A stretch of 64,000 nucleotides of DNA, taken from positions 186,001 to 250,000 of the forward strand of contig DF236979.1 in the NCBI GenBank assembly GCA_000708835.1, read 5' to 3'. The notes under the pieces are model-generated. The model ran no database searches and was not told the DNA's origin. It worked only from the letters and a program-made list of their open reading frames with translations. The position numbers were made by a program, and so were the translations under genes. This document shows positions 1 to 23,600 of this stretch, piece by piece; the stretch's first letter is position 1; every line of letters starts with the position of its first letter. Source of the stretch: Klebsormidium nitens (Eukaryota; Plantae; Klebsormidiophyceae).

Positions 1-597
1 ACGTGTGCTGCACATGCAAGATGTATTGGGTCTTGTAGAAACGTCTCCAACGCTTCCGATCCCATGCACGCCCCCTCCAACTTTGCCTGGTCACAATTAG
101 TTGACCGCCGCGAGACACGAATTTTCATGCCTCAAGGGACAAGCATGCATCGATCCAACAAATGACCTTGCATCATCTTTCAATCAAAGTTGGATGCATG
201 CTCGCTAATGATCGACGCTTTCGATCCATTGCAGTCCCTCCCTAGTGGATTAACACACATATTGTATTGTCATGGTTTCCTGTCTATATTCCAGAACCAC
301 AAAGTCGCAGTTCTTTTATGATTCATATACAAAGACATTATCCATCACAGAGGCTCAGTTGAGCGGCCTTCGTGCCATTCTTAAACAACAGGCACGATTT
401 CGGTAAGATTGAAGTGGCTGCAGCGGAGTCCGAATGCATAATGTATCTTGAGCGCTGCACCTAATAATATTGTTCCTCTCCACATTCTGGGGAGTTGACA
501 AGCTTTTCCAACTTTACAGTAAAACGTTTTTATCTCGATGGTCGTAGTTGTTCATCAATTGATCAAAACCAACACGTGTATCGATCATAAACTTCCG

Positions 598-10983
<10,386 letters not shown>

Positions 10984-11675
10984 GTTGAAAACCCTCTTAC
11001 TGTGCCAAAAAGAAGGAAGAAACAGCTGGCAAATCAGCCACATGCAAGCTCAAATGCTGCCACTAACTTGGAACGTTGGGAAGAGAAGATCGCCTTGGTG
11101 CTCAACAAGACGTCTTGCGTGATGCTGGAGACACTGAATGCAACTGGATCATGTATCCAAGATCGATAGCTTCTTCTTCAAAGCATGACTCGGAAGAGCC
11201 TTATTCGCTGTTGTTCGCGGCAGTTTGTGAGATTTGGCGCGAAGAAAGGCTGGTGCACTCGTGGTAGAATCTGCGCCCTCAATCTAACTGGGTTCCTTCA
11301 CCATCGACGTCTTGAATTGAACGGACAGCATCAATCTCTTTCAAGTTTCTAGACCTCAAGGCTCAGTCAGACCTGCACTGCTGCAACGGAAGTCCGCAGG
11401 ATGTCCGCATTGACTATTCTGTCGGGGCGACGACTTCACAACTGATGGACCTCTGTGGTGACTGGTCAGTGACAGTGGTCGCCCTCGATACAGAGGAAGT
11501 GCGGGTGACGCCCGCGTTTTGCGGGATGCATTCCTGTTGCTATAGACATGATGCACGGAACCTGTGCTGTTGTGGCGCTGCAATCTGTGCATTCCCCTTC
11601 TCAAAGGCCTCAATTGGACGCACTTCTGAGCCTTGCGATCGTCGCTGTCAGTTGTCTGTGTGCTGCAGAATTCAG

Positions 11676-14600
11676 ATGCATTCCTTCGCTGGAGCTCTCA
11701 ACACGGCATGTGGCTCCTTGCTTGAAGAGACCACCATTTTTGCCGCCTCCCGAGCGCGCACCCGAGTACGCACCAAGGATAGTAGTCAATTGGTTAGTAC
11801 TGCATTCTACAAGCACATACAAGCCCCCTCTGGACATGTTGGACTTCCACTAGACTCGCTCTTGCGGCGCACAAGTCACACTAGCAAAAACCAGTTCACC
11901 TCACAGCAATCACATTCGGCACCACAAGCAACAAAAGCCAGAAAGCTTCACCAGAGTTTCGCGATGCAGACGCAAGTTGCGCCCAACCTGGATAATTGCC
12001 TGCCAGAGAGTGAGCTCTCTGACGAGGAGCTTCTAGGTTCTGACGCCGTTCCTGCCCTGGTCCAAGACGCGCTAATCTGGTGCAGTCTCCACGGCCTGCT
12101 TGTCGGAGATAAGGATGGGAAGAACTCGGGGGTGACTCCGGGAGTCGGACTTGTGCACGCACCGGTGTCTTTGTTGCCAACTCCTTTTCCAAGGTATTAA
12201 GTCTACTTTGTCTGCCTGTTTGTTGGTAGATGCATTCTCCCAAAATAAGTCCACTTTGTATGCCTGTTTGTTGATATATGCACTTTCCAAGGTAAGTTTA
12301 TTTTTTTGCCTGTTTGTTTGAATGTGTACTCTCCCAAGGTAAGTAGGCTTCTTTCTGACAGCCTCAGTCAACGTGTCAGCTAGTTGGCGGGTCAGCGTGT
12401 TGAAATTGTGCAAGTCATTAAGGACCGAAATGCGGTGGGAAGTGGGGGTAAAAGGACTCTTCAGCTTTGAAGGGGAAGCAGCCTCTTTCAACAAGCTGAC
12501 AAAGCGGACAGATGCTTGACAATGCCTGATTAAGATGTTCAAATGCAACAAATTGTAAAGTTGGTAGCTCTAAGCCCAAATTCTAAGTGTAAGGAATGGT
12601 AGGTAAAGTCACAGTTCGCAGATTTCTGTCTTTCCTGAAGTAGAGAATCTCAACCAGAGATCTGGGTTCCCAAATAGTCAGACCTGGATCATGGGCACTT
12701 TGTTGCAGAAACCCAGCTCTTGTTTCTTCAACAGGCCCCTGTTCGAACAAGCGGTTGAGGTTGCGCCCATCTTCAATGAGCTGGTTGACAAAGTCAGCCA
12801 AGACAGCGAGTTCCTCTTCAGTACGCTGGAAAGGTAAGACAGTAGGGCCTATCCATGACGTTCTTTCTCTGTAGAAGCTGCATTTCGCTTGGAGTGTTCG
12901 TAGACAAATAGTGCTGCCGGTCTTAACTGTCTGCCTTGACCAACATTACAGCCCCTTGTTATCTTGAACTCCTCTCTCCTCAGCAAGAATAGGAGACTGT
13001 TGTTGTCCAAACACCTGCTTAGAATGCAACTTCCTGTTACTTGGTAGAAGGGAGAACTGTCAACTTTCCAGGCGGCTCTAGATTGTCAAACCTGACCTTA
13101 AGGGAAGAGAGGTGCTGACCCATGCCTTCTTTAGGCGCAAACATGAAATTGGGCCATGCGCGCACTGCCTTGCCACCCTTTCTCTTGCTCAGCTTGGCAG
13201 TTGCGACTCACTGCTGGAAAAAGTCCTCTCAATGTGCGAGAGGCTCCGAACGAAGTAAGAGCTGACTCAGAGACATCTCCAATTCCAAAGAACCTGAATA
13301 CAAACGGGGCTCCCAAAGCAATGGTTAATCCACATTTGGTTGGACCTGGCCGCCTGACCAGAGCCTTATTTGAGCCGAACGCAGAACTTGCCCGGTGGGC
13401 AGAACTTGGACCCTGCAATGATTTGGATACCTCCCATCGAACGGTCCAGGTTCTGCAACTCGAGAAACGATCTGCAACTGGCTCGTTTCTGACTTGGGTC
13501 AGGCGGCCAGGTTTGACCGAACCTGCAGAATGACGAACAGAGTAGCATCTGAGTTTGTCTTTCCTGTACCTTGACGCCTCTCACTAACAATACCTTTCTC
13601 CGCCGCAGGGCAAGGAAGACAGACAGCTTCACAGCGGGTTTGTTGGACATATACCGTGCCACTCTGGACAAGGGGATCAAGGAGGACATTCGATTGGGGC
13701 TGCATCGGAGCGACTACATGCTCGACAAGGCCACCGGGGGCCTGTTGCAGATTGAGCTGAACACGATATCGTCCTCATTCGCGGCGCTCGGGACGCAAGT
13801 CAGCAGGCTCCACAGGCAAGAAGCTGACTCGCTCTTCTGGTTTGGGTGTGAGTTGTTCTTAGGTAGTGATGTGAGGCCATTTGGAAGAATACTGAAGTAC
13901 GTGAGGTAATAGGTTAGAAGGGGAATTCATGTGCTTTGAAGAAAGGGCGGACTGGCACTTTGGCCGTCGCCCTTCTTCGCAGGTTTGAAAACGACACGCC
14001 AACATGCTCCCACATGTTGGCAGGGAAAGGATTAAGCTTGCCGTGCTTCTCTCCGACTTTCTCTACATCACGAGGAAAGCTTTGGACGAGGAAAGCTGTG
14101 GACGATCGCTCTTTTGCTTTCCATCGGTTTCGAAGGGCCCGACAACCCACAGGCTCAAATCAGACACTCCCAGCTCCCACAGCCTTGACCCACAAAGCCA
14201 GAGTCAGCTTTCTGATTTTCATCGCCCAGAGTCCACCCTGCAGGGGCCTCGTTCCCAAATTGACTACTGTACAGACGAGTTAACAAGCGCCTCGAAGTCT
14301 TATCCCTGTCGCGGATCTTGGTTTTCGTCGCTTTGTTCTTTGTTTCTTCGGGGCCTCCTGTCGCCCACCTGACCCCCTGTTCTGCACCTCGTTCGATGTT
14401 TCTGCGCCATGCTTAGACTTCAACTCCACCCCGTCAGCCGTCCTAAAACACGCGCACGTAGTTTGGGACTTGACCCGTTGCTGCGCCTCATTCACTGCCG
14501 ATCTTGTTGTTCCCTGCGCAATCCAGTTGCCCACTGATCGAGAAACTCCGAAGGCTTTGCTTCCCCTGTTCCCGCTCTGTTTGGCTAATCCTGCAAAGAA

Positions 14601-17600
14601 TGCTGTCCAGGCACATTGTCAACCGCGCCGGGGCCAGATCGAAGCTGGAGCCTCAAAACGTACCCGAGAACGCGTCCTTCGAGGCTATGACAGATGGAAT
14701 CGCCGAGGCGTGGAGACAGTACGGAGACGACGAGTGAGTTCCAGTCCAGCTATCGAAGTTTTACTTTCGTCAACTTCCTTCAGCGACTTCGACGGGTAAC
14801 AGTTCTCCTTTGTTTGAATCAGCTGGACTCCTCTTCTTGTTGCGAACAAGCAAAGGTTCTGGTCGGTAATATGGGTTGACCCCTGTTTCCGGCTGCCTGC
14901 TCATTCCTTTCCCTCTGGTCTTTTGACGGGAACAGTGTCTTCTGCCAGAGAATACAGTCTCCTCTCAACAGGGTCCTAAATCCAGGACGGGAATCAGTCG
15001 TCTACGTTGTATCCCGATCCAAAATATCTTGGTTGAGCAGATTAGAAGTGAAAAGTCGTCTTTCAGATACTAAGGCTCTCCTTCGACCCGGTTACTTTTT
15101 GGAGCAAGATGGCATACGTTGCCAGCAATGTCAGGGCTGAATGTTCCTTGTCGATTAGCCAATCTCCATGAAGCTTATCTCACCGACTCCTGTAGATCCT
15201 CGCATAGATTCTACACTCGAAAGTACTTTGAACAAGGTTTCCTACGGCGATGCTTCTACTCGTGGTGCAAACGTCCACCGGACACCGGCCTCAGGTTGAC
15301 AACTTTTGTCGGCCTCAAACGGACACATAACCTCTTCTGAAAGGCTCTAAGCCCGGTTGGGTTATGCAGGGCGGTGGTTCTGTTCGTAGTGCAACCGGCG
15401 GAGCGCAACATGTACGACCAGCTGTGGATGGCGGACCGCTTATGGGACGCGCACGGGATTCGCAGCGTGCGCCGAACGCTGACCGAGATCGAGAAGGACG
15501 GGGCGTTGGACGGAGATCGCACTCTGAGCATGTGAGCCCACGTTGCTACAACTAAGGCGTCCCTTGAACTGGTTTGACTGTATATTGTTTGCAGTTCAGG
15601 GGGCAACAACAACTTGGGGCGCTTGAAGTGGGTTAGGTCAGAAATTTCGGAGCTAGTGTTGGGAGGTGTGGGCCCAGGTTCGAAGAAGGGTTTGAGCAAT
15701 TAATCTTATTCCGGCTGCCCAGGATGCTGGCGGACCATCGCGCAAGGTTGCAAACGGCTTTTCTGCTTGATATTTATCATGAAGCTTCATCGGGCTTCAG
15801 AATCTGCGTGATCTAGGGGTTTTGGTCATTGGTCAAAAATGCGGGATGGCATGCTGCTCAATACCAGTTCGGCGTCTGATGAGCACTCTTCCCATAAATC
15901 GAACCCATCAACCTTCTCGATCGTGGTAACAATGGACGTTCGCAACCTGAACCTTCCTGAACCTTTTTTGAGGCTCTCTAAAAGATGCTCCGATTCTCAA
16001 GAGAACCGCGGTGCTCTGCAGAAGCGGCCAACGGGTGAGCGTGGTTTATTTCCGGGCCGGCTACACGCCCACCGACTACCCGTCCGACACCGTAAGCCCC
16101 TCACTTTCGCGTTGCACTGACAACAACCATCGGTCACCTGCGTGTTGCCATGCTATGGCTTACGATTGGACTCAGGATTAGGCTACGGTTGTTGAGCGCA
16201 TGTATGTGGAAGCTGAGCACCGACCTTTTGCGGAGTGCACCCAAAGCTCGCTTCTGGAAAAGTCGGCTAACGGGGCTCGCTCAAACGGATGAAGAAGTAC
16301 CATTTCCAGCCGTGAAACTTTTATGCACCAGACACCGGGAATCCGCCTCTTGAATACATCTCGAAGTCTTGAGGGTCTCAGCCTTAGGGGCTTCTGACAG
16401 TCTGCTCTGCGGTCTGAGGTCGCCGGGTCGCGGGGTCGCGAGTCGCGGTTCTCGGTTTGCGGTTTGCGGTTTGCGGTTTGCGGTTTGCGGTTTGCGGTTT
16501 GCGGTCTGCGGTTGTCAATGTGCGGTTTGCCGCTTGTGGTCTGATTCATTGCTTGCGGTTCATGGGCTACAGATCATCCAGTATACGTCACATTTTCTAT
16601 TTCGACGAACCTTTTGTCGCAAAGCCCACATGGATTTCCTGCACCTGCAGGAATGGCGGGCCCGCCTGCTGATGGAGGAGTCGTCTGCGGTCAAGTGCCC
16701 GAGCATCTCGTACCACCTGACCGGCGCCAAGAAGATCCAGCAGGAGCTTGCGCGCCCGGGCGTCCTCGAACGGTATGCCACGGAAAAATCTCCTGACCGC
16801 TTTTCACCCCTGAAAATTTTTGCGGTCTACTAATTTTCGCACCGAAAACAAAATCCAGGCCATTGTTCTTTGCGCCAGCGACTACTTTCCGTGCAAGGGC
16901 AATTCGCCGAATAGCAACCGCTGTGATTCGAGCCGGGGACAGGTTCCGGCCGTTCCGTTCCTTCCGGCTGACTGCCTCCGACGACTTAGGGCTGCCCGGA
17001 GACTGGTTCCGACTGCTTGAAGAGCTTGATCATTGAAGCGGTTTAAAGCAGGCTTTTGAGCGAAAGCAACATTGCATGGGACTCTCTTGAACCCAGTGGA
17101 GTCGTCCAAGGCAAACACATCTGGCACTTGTTTGAACAATATCTCCCCACTATTGGACGTGGAGCTGGGACGGTAATACTGACGTTGTTTAAGGAAGTTT
17201 CTTGAACTCTAGAGAGTGCCAAACGAGAGAGATTTTAAGCGTATGGTTTATCCCGTAGCTGTCAAGATGACCATCGGTTTTCGTATCTCTAGCAGCGAAA
17301 GGAGATGAAGCTCACAGCTTTCAAAGTGCGGTGCTCTGGGTTGCAGATTAAGTCAATGGCCATCGTCCAGAAGAAGATGTTGCGAGTTTCTAGTAGCTTG
17401 CTCAAAAGTAGGTTACGTAAAGTTCTCGTGAGGACTCGTTCGCTGGACTAAGAAGAACGACGCTGGAGACTCAGAGCCGTGAGAGTCGCTTTCTTATTTT
17501 TATCTTCGTAGAATGCAGCTTCATCACGAACGAAAAGGACGCGGCTCTTCTACGGCGCCACTTCGCGGGACTCTGGGCTTTGGAGGGGGAGGGAAGCGAG

Positions 17601-19504
17601 GAGATCATCGAGAAGGCGATCGCGGATCCGGAGGGTTTCGTGCTAAAGCCGCAGCGAGAAGGAGGAGGTAAGCCTCACGATACAGTCTGCTTTTAGGTCT
17701 CATTGCCGAAAAAGGGAGTCGCGAGTCACAGTTACAGCTCTTTGCGTCAAACCTGCCATCGGGTTTCATATGTTCCGAGCATGGTTCCTGATCTTAGACC
17801 GTCCGATCGACGACGAGGAAGTCATCGAACGGTTCAAGATCAGGGACCGTGCTCGGAGAGATCGGAACCCGCTGGCAGGTTTGACGCAAAGAGCTGTATG
17901 TAGGACAGCTAAAAGGTGGTTCTGTGCAAGGAAGGGACTTTTCCAGGTGCTTTTGAAGAAAGCTTCGAGAAAATAAGACAAACGTTTTCTGCGGCCAGGT
18001 AAATGAAGTGAGCGTGGTGCTTGTTGCAGCCGCTTGGCGCAAAGGTTACTAGCGCGGCAAGAAGTTGCTCCGTAGCGACTGCTCGTGAGGAGCGGTTGAA
18101 CACCGCTCGAAACGTTCCGGCTCGCTTCCTTTTCCGCAAACAACTAGTTCGGGACTCAACACGTTTGGCGGTTTCCTGAATCCTCGTAGCCTGGTTGCGG
18201 GTCATGTCTTTTACGGTTTCAGGCATCAGCGTGTTGTGGCAGACCCTGAAAGTTACGATTGACGTTACGGCTCAGAACGTCCGCTAGACGAAATTCGGCC
18301 GTCCGATTCGCTGCAAGTAACGAATCTCTAAACTCATAACCCCTTCCGAAGTTGTAGAAATACAAGGTAATTACCACATTACCGTCTCAGACTGTACCCG
18401 TGTCTAATCCTAGCCACTCCGTTTTGCAGGTAACAACATCCGGAACTCAGTTTTTCAGGCGAAGCTGGAGAAGTTCGAAGTGATAACAACGTTCTTGTAT
18501 CAGGTGGCTCAGATTCTACCCGCGTGTATTCTTAGCTATTCGACTTTGCAGGTAACAACATCTCCGCCTCAGACTGTACCCCCGTTTAATCTCAGCCGCT
18601 CGATCTTTGCAGGTAACAACATCTACTGCTCAGACGTCCCGGCAAAGCTGCGAAGAATCAAAAGGATATGTCAACCTTCCCGTCTCAAACTGTACCCGCG
18701 TCTAATCTTAGCCGTTCGATATCTGCAGGTAACAACATCTACGGCTCAGATGTCCCGGCAAAGCTGCAGGAGCTCCAGGGCACGGACGGGCTCGCAGCGT
18801 ACATCCTCATGCAACGAATCTTCCCGCCAGTGAAGAAGTCGTACCTGCTGAGAGGGGGCGAGTGGAGCCAGCAGGATACGCTTTCTGAACTGGGCATCTT
18901 TGGGACTTATTTAAGGTAGGGCCCTGACTTCCGGGAACAAAACCCTCGGTTTCATCTCTTACTATCGCTTGCTCTTTCTTTGTTTCTTTTCTTGTTCATA
19001 CAGATTTCCTCGTACTCGAGTACGGTTTTGACACTTGGCTATGTGCTTTGCAACTGGTGGAGAGCTTCCCAGACCAGGACATTGTTTTTTGGTCCATTGG
19101 TGCTAGTCGAATGCGCGACTTATCATACTGACTGCTGAATCCATCCGGTGTTTCCCTTCCAACCGTAGATGGTGGAATCCACGGCGCTGACGATGGCTTT
19201 TTGCAGACGTGGATCTCGTTTGGGCTTTACCCCACTGAAACTCATAAAATAGAAAGACTACCTTGACGAATAGCCTTACGAGTGGTATGAACTCGAAAAG
19301 CACTTTCTTTTTTCAACGGGTATTTTAAAAAACCGGACCTGGAAAATAGCGACTGCTTCTCCTTTCTCTTACAGAAATGGGGAAAAGGTGGTCATCAACC
19401 AGCCCGCGGGCCATTTGTTGCGGACGAAAACGGCGTCGTCGAACGAGGGAGGTGTGGCCGCGGGTTACGGGGTGATCGACAGCCCGTACCTCACAAGCAA
19501 GTGA
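11676..19504 (+). CDS. GSH2: Glutathione synthetase (eukaryotic type), 10 exons (11676-12193, 12735-12833, 13609-13815, 14611-14733, 15370-15531, 16022-16091, 16651-16772, 17519-17667, 18729-18915, 19375-19504)
   Basis: Motifs [77 protein letters not shown] and [18 protein letters not shown]. Phases are consistent. Start is either ATG 11676 or ATG 11964. Confidence 0.93.
16453..16514. repeat. (CGGTTTG)n heptamer microsatellite in GSH2 intron 6
   Basis: 7 perfect units plus degenerate flanking units. Confidence 0.95.
17733..17898. repeat. Intronic inverted repeat forming a hairpin of about 165 nt
   Basis: TACAGCTCTTTGCGTCAAACCTGCCA pairs perfectly with TGGCAGGTTTGACGCAAAGAGCTGTA, and pairing continues with mismatches and G-U pairs towards a small loop. 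Confidence 0.85.
18361..18728 (+). repeat. Array of degenerate copies of the GSH2 exon-9 acceptor plus exon start
   Basis: TTTGCAG|GTAACAACATC at AG 18428-29, 18550-51 and 18611-12, weaker copies near 18365 and 18502, ahead of the in-frame acceptor at 18727-28. Confidence 0.9.
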
Positions 19505-20665
19505 GGCAGCGTCCTTATGCCAGGTCAGAAGATACCGAGTTAAGAACACGTATATTGCGGACTTGACAATCAGAGAAACAAAGCGTTGTCCGGCATTGCA
19601 ATGAACAGAAAAACTTGTCTTACTTTGTGGAGGAAAGATTTAATACTTACTTGGAGCTACTGGGTGCTTTTCAATTTAATCACAGCAGCGTTGGCAGTTT
19701 TTCAGTGCATGCAGACGTGACCTAGTTTTGCTGTGATTCTGCATGATCAATGCTATACAGAGATAAAGCGCCTTGGAATCAGCAATGGCACACTGAAGTT
19801 CTACGTGCGATCGGACGCTTTCGGTGCACAGGGCGTCTGCCTGCCAATTCAAGTTACATATCAATACTTAAGCATATATACATATGCGAACTAGTGTATA
19901 CGTGTAGGTAGCTGGTGCAGACATGTCACGCACTGAGGTGTATATACGTACTCGCATTCACCAAACTTGAAACCGGCCGCACTACATGGCCATATATGCA
20001 ATGATGGCATGCAGCGGTGCTGTACGTATACGCGCAGCTTCGCTTCGTCGCATCTACCATGCAACTCTTATATTGTAGCTGCGCCCAGACCGACGGTCGT
20101 GCGCGGCGGCCACGGCCGCAGCGATCAGAATGCATGGCATCTATTCAGTAATTTTGAAGCGCATGGCCCCTCGCGATCTAACCTGCCAACTGCCTACGCG
20201 TTGGATTGTTCGCAATACCCCTATGGTGTCAGTTGCACGCGTCACCTGTCGAGCTCCATTTTGAACTTAGCCATGTTTTGTGTTGGATGCACGTACGTCC
20301 TAGGCTTGAATTCATATAGGTATGGCCGTCGGAAGCGGGATCAACGACTCTTTAAAGCTTTGCTTATCCAAACTTATCGTCAGCTACGTGCAACCGAAAC
20401 CCAGGTAGCTTTACAGCACTGCTTTAAGGGGGTCACAAATAAGAGAGCACACCGCCAACCTACTCTTACGCGCGATAATCCACGCAGCTCCAGGGGGACT
20501 GATTCCGTGGATTTTATAGCCTATGCGCTTCGGACAATTTGATCTCTATGAAAGTTCTATGTTGAGCTGTATACAGTTGCTACTTAATAGTAACCACGCT
20601 CCTATATTATAACGCAGCCTCTCGACCCTTCTGAAACTTTTCTTGATCTCCGTTGAGATGTTCCA

Positions 20666-23600
20666 TTAAATCTCCTTTCTACGACTCCACTCCTGCTGTT
20701 CCCTCAGGCTCAGACTTCTTTTTTCGGCTACCTCCGCCAATCCACTCGTCGGCACGGCCTCGGACTTCTTGTTCCTCCGATCTTGCGAATCCCACACTTC
20801 AGTCTGCGCATCTTTGTACTCATCCTCGCTCCGCGCCCGCTTCATAGTCTTCCCCTCCACTTCCTCCTCTTGACTCTCCTCTCCCTCAAAGTCCTCTTGC
20901 CCCGTCCTAAAACTGCCGCTCGAACTGAACACTTTCTTCATTGGAGCCCCATCCGACTCCTGTTTCTCATCCCAAGCTCCTTCTGCTCCTTCTTCTGCCG
21001 ACTTCCCTTGTGCTTCGCTTCCCTCTTCTACTTCGCTTTTCTCTTCTTCTTCGCTTTCTTTCTCTCCTCCCGCGAGCCACGACGGCGCTCTCTCGTCCTT
21101 CTTATCTCCAACCTCCGTCTGCGGTGCTCCGGAATCAGTTCCGCCGGACCCCCACCCAGTTGCCATATCCCACGCCGCCCCTCTCGCAGAGTCACTGTCC
21201 TGCATTTCGGCGTCCTCTTCCGGCCCTCCTTTCTCTTTTTCCGCAGCGGAATCGCCGAACCCAGCACCAGCCTTTCCCGTTTTCCACCCGTTGTACGCCC
21301 CGTCATCCTTCTTGGTTCCGGCGTTCCCCACGAGATCCATCAATCCCCCTACACCTCTTCCCGCGTTCCCCCCCAAAAAGCTTCCGTACCCTCTTTCCCC
21401 ACCGCTCCGTCCCTCTTTCCTGGATCGCCCCCCCCCCTCGTCACCACCACTGCGACCCCCCATTCCCCAGACTCCCCGACGGGGGGTTGGGTCCTCAGGC
21501 GATCTTCCCCCCCTCGCTGCGCGCTCCCGCTCTCGCTCCTCCCTGAGTTTCGCCCGCCTCTCTTCGCGAGCCTGCTCCTGAGACGCCTTGCGAGCCTCCT
21601 CGTCAATCTCAATGAGCGGGAGTCCGAGATCGCGTGCGGCCTTCCGCCACGCCAGCCAGGCCGGCTGCTCGAACAGTATGAAGTGAATCTGCAAATAAGT
21701 AAACAATTGAAAACATTAGGCAGTCCTAGCTCCTGCAGCAGCACAGTAATCGCCCGGGAAACATTACGTCCCAACTTTGGAACTCGTCTGGGGCCAAAAC
21801 AGTCAAGATCACTCCGTGATGATTTCAAGTTGACCTTCGAAGTGCAGCAGACTTTCCTGCGAGTTTGACCAGCAAGTTTTTGTGAGCCCCCATTGCATTT
21901 CGAACAAGATTTTCAACACAATGTCTAAACAAGTTGGCAGCCTTCCGTCACTCCAGCCAGGCCGGCTGCTTGAACAATATAAAGTGAATCTGGGAAAAAG
22001 TAAACTTCTGGGAAAGTTCTGCAATCCTAACTCCTGCGACAGCACACAAATCGCACCGTTAAAGATTTGGCCGTATTCGGGCTGTTTTCGGATTGTAGCA
22101 ACTGAATGATATCACCCACTTGGTCAGATGATTGACTTCAAAGGGCCGCTACTTCTTCCTGGGTTCGGTCAACAATGGCTCTTGATCCCTTTTGAACATC
22201 GAGCAACAAAATCGCAAGGGGATAGACAACGAAACGCTTACCCGTCGCCACGAGAGCTGTGGGACTACAAAAGACATCTCACGCTGGACTCAAGACCAAT
22301 CTTTGCAGACTTCCTGTAAGCCGGCCACCGAAACGACTCCGCGTTTTCTAGTATGGCAATAAGCGCCGACTTCCCCGCTTGTCGAGAAAGAACACCGAGT
22401 TCCGCACTGATGACTTCAGAAGATCAGTGACCATCCGTGCATTCAAGTGTACAGTAACGACATTTTTTGCCAAAAATTCGAATCACTTGAGTCATTCTGG
22501 TTGAACTATCTGAGTCCCTGCCCGGACCTCACCTCCTTGAGCTTATCCGCATTATCTCTGCACGTTGTAAGAGCCACTCGCGCCCCTTCGTCGTATGGGT
22601 ACCCGTAGACTCCGCACGAAATTGCCGGGAAGGAGAGGTACTGGATTCCCTTGTCGGCAGCCAGAAGGATTGAGTTCCTGGCAGATTGAAATTACGAGTT
22701 TCTTTTAGCAGCCTCTCACAAATCCAAAGAAGCTCCCAATTACAGGGAGCCCACGCCATCAAGGCATTAGGACTTATATTGAAAGCAATCTATTACACGT
22801 CAACCAACTTCAGACCTTGAGGAATCATCTCGTGCTCGGGAGTCTGTTCGAACCGTTTTTCTGAGTTGCATTCGCAAGGATTTTGGGGAGTCACCAAAAT
22901 CCTTGCGAATTTTGGTGACTCCCCAAAATTCGCAAGGACTTGTAAAGGTCCCCGTCAAACCTCTATCGAACTTTAGGACTTGCCTCGCAGCTTGTATTAC
23001 AGCTCATCTCACTGTATATTGACCTACATTTCCAAGGTGCGACTTATCATACAGACAACACAACCCCACTGATACACTGCTTCCCAACGAGGTGTGTGAC
23101 CAAATCTCGCCGCAGAAACCTGACTTCATTGACGACCTGAATAGGTGATGAACACACACTTGCAATGCACTTGGCCACTGCAATCATGAGAAAGAAAACC
23201 AGAAAACGAATCGCACCTGTATGACGCAGCCAGCAGAGGCTCAGACTCCTCTTTGCCCTCGTAGATCGGACCCACAGTGTGGATGACGGCGCGGGCCGGC
23301 AGGCGGAACCCTTCTGTTATCCTGGCCTCTCCTGAAACAATTGGAAAAACGAAAGAATCAAAGAGTTTTACTGAGTGTTGACTAAAAGTGTTCCTGCAGC
23401 AAGGAAGGAAGTGTGAATGAAGTGTGAAGGCGTTGCACAGGCAGGCTCTGAGATGACGTCACTTGCGCGACGTGAACTGGTCGGACTCCATGCAGAGGTT
23501 CCTCTGTGTGCACAATGGTTTTGTTCAGCTTACAGAAGACTCGAGCGCTCTCTCGTCCTAGAACAGGGTCAGCAAAGAGAGAGTCGTGAGATCGTACCGG

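Noticed and set aside
140-240. Weak similarity (GCATGCAT/TCGATC-rich) between 140-240, 39250-39310 and 54350-54560
   Set aside because: The matches are too short and degenerate to establish a repeat family by eye.
16453-16514. (CGGTTTG)n as interstitial telomere
   Set aside because: It does not match TTTAGGG or TTAGGG-type repeats, so it is treated as an ordinary microsatellite.
19967-20542. 191-aa ORF between GSH2 and the macrodomain gene
   Set aside because: It has a non-ATG start, no motifs and atypical composition. It may be a decayed repeat, but I found no termini.
20783-21868. Long plus-strand ORFs (361 aa, 201 aa)
   Set aside because: They are antisense shadows of the purine-rich macrodomain last exon.
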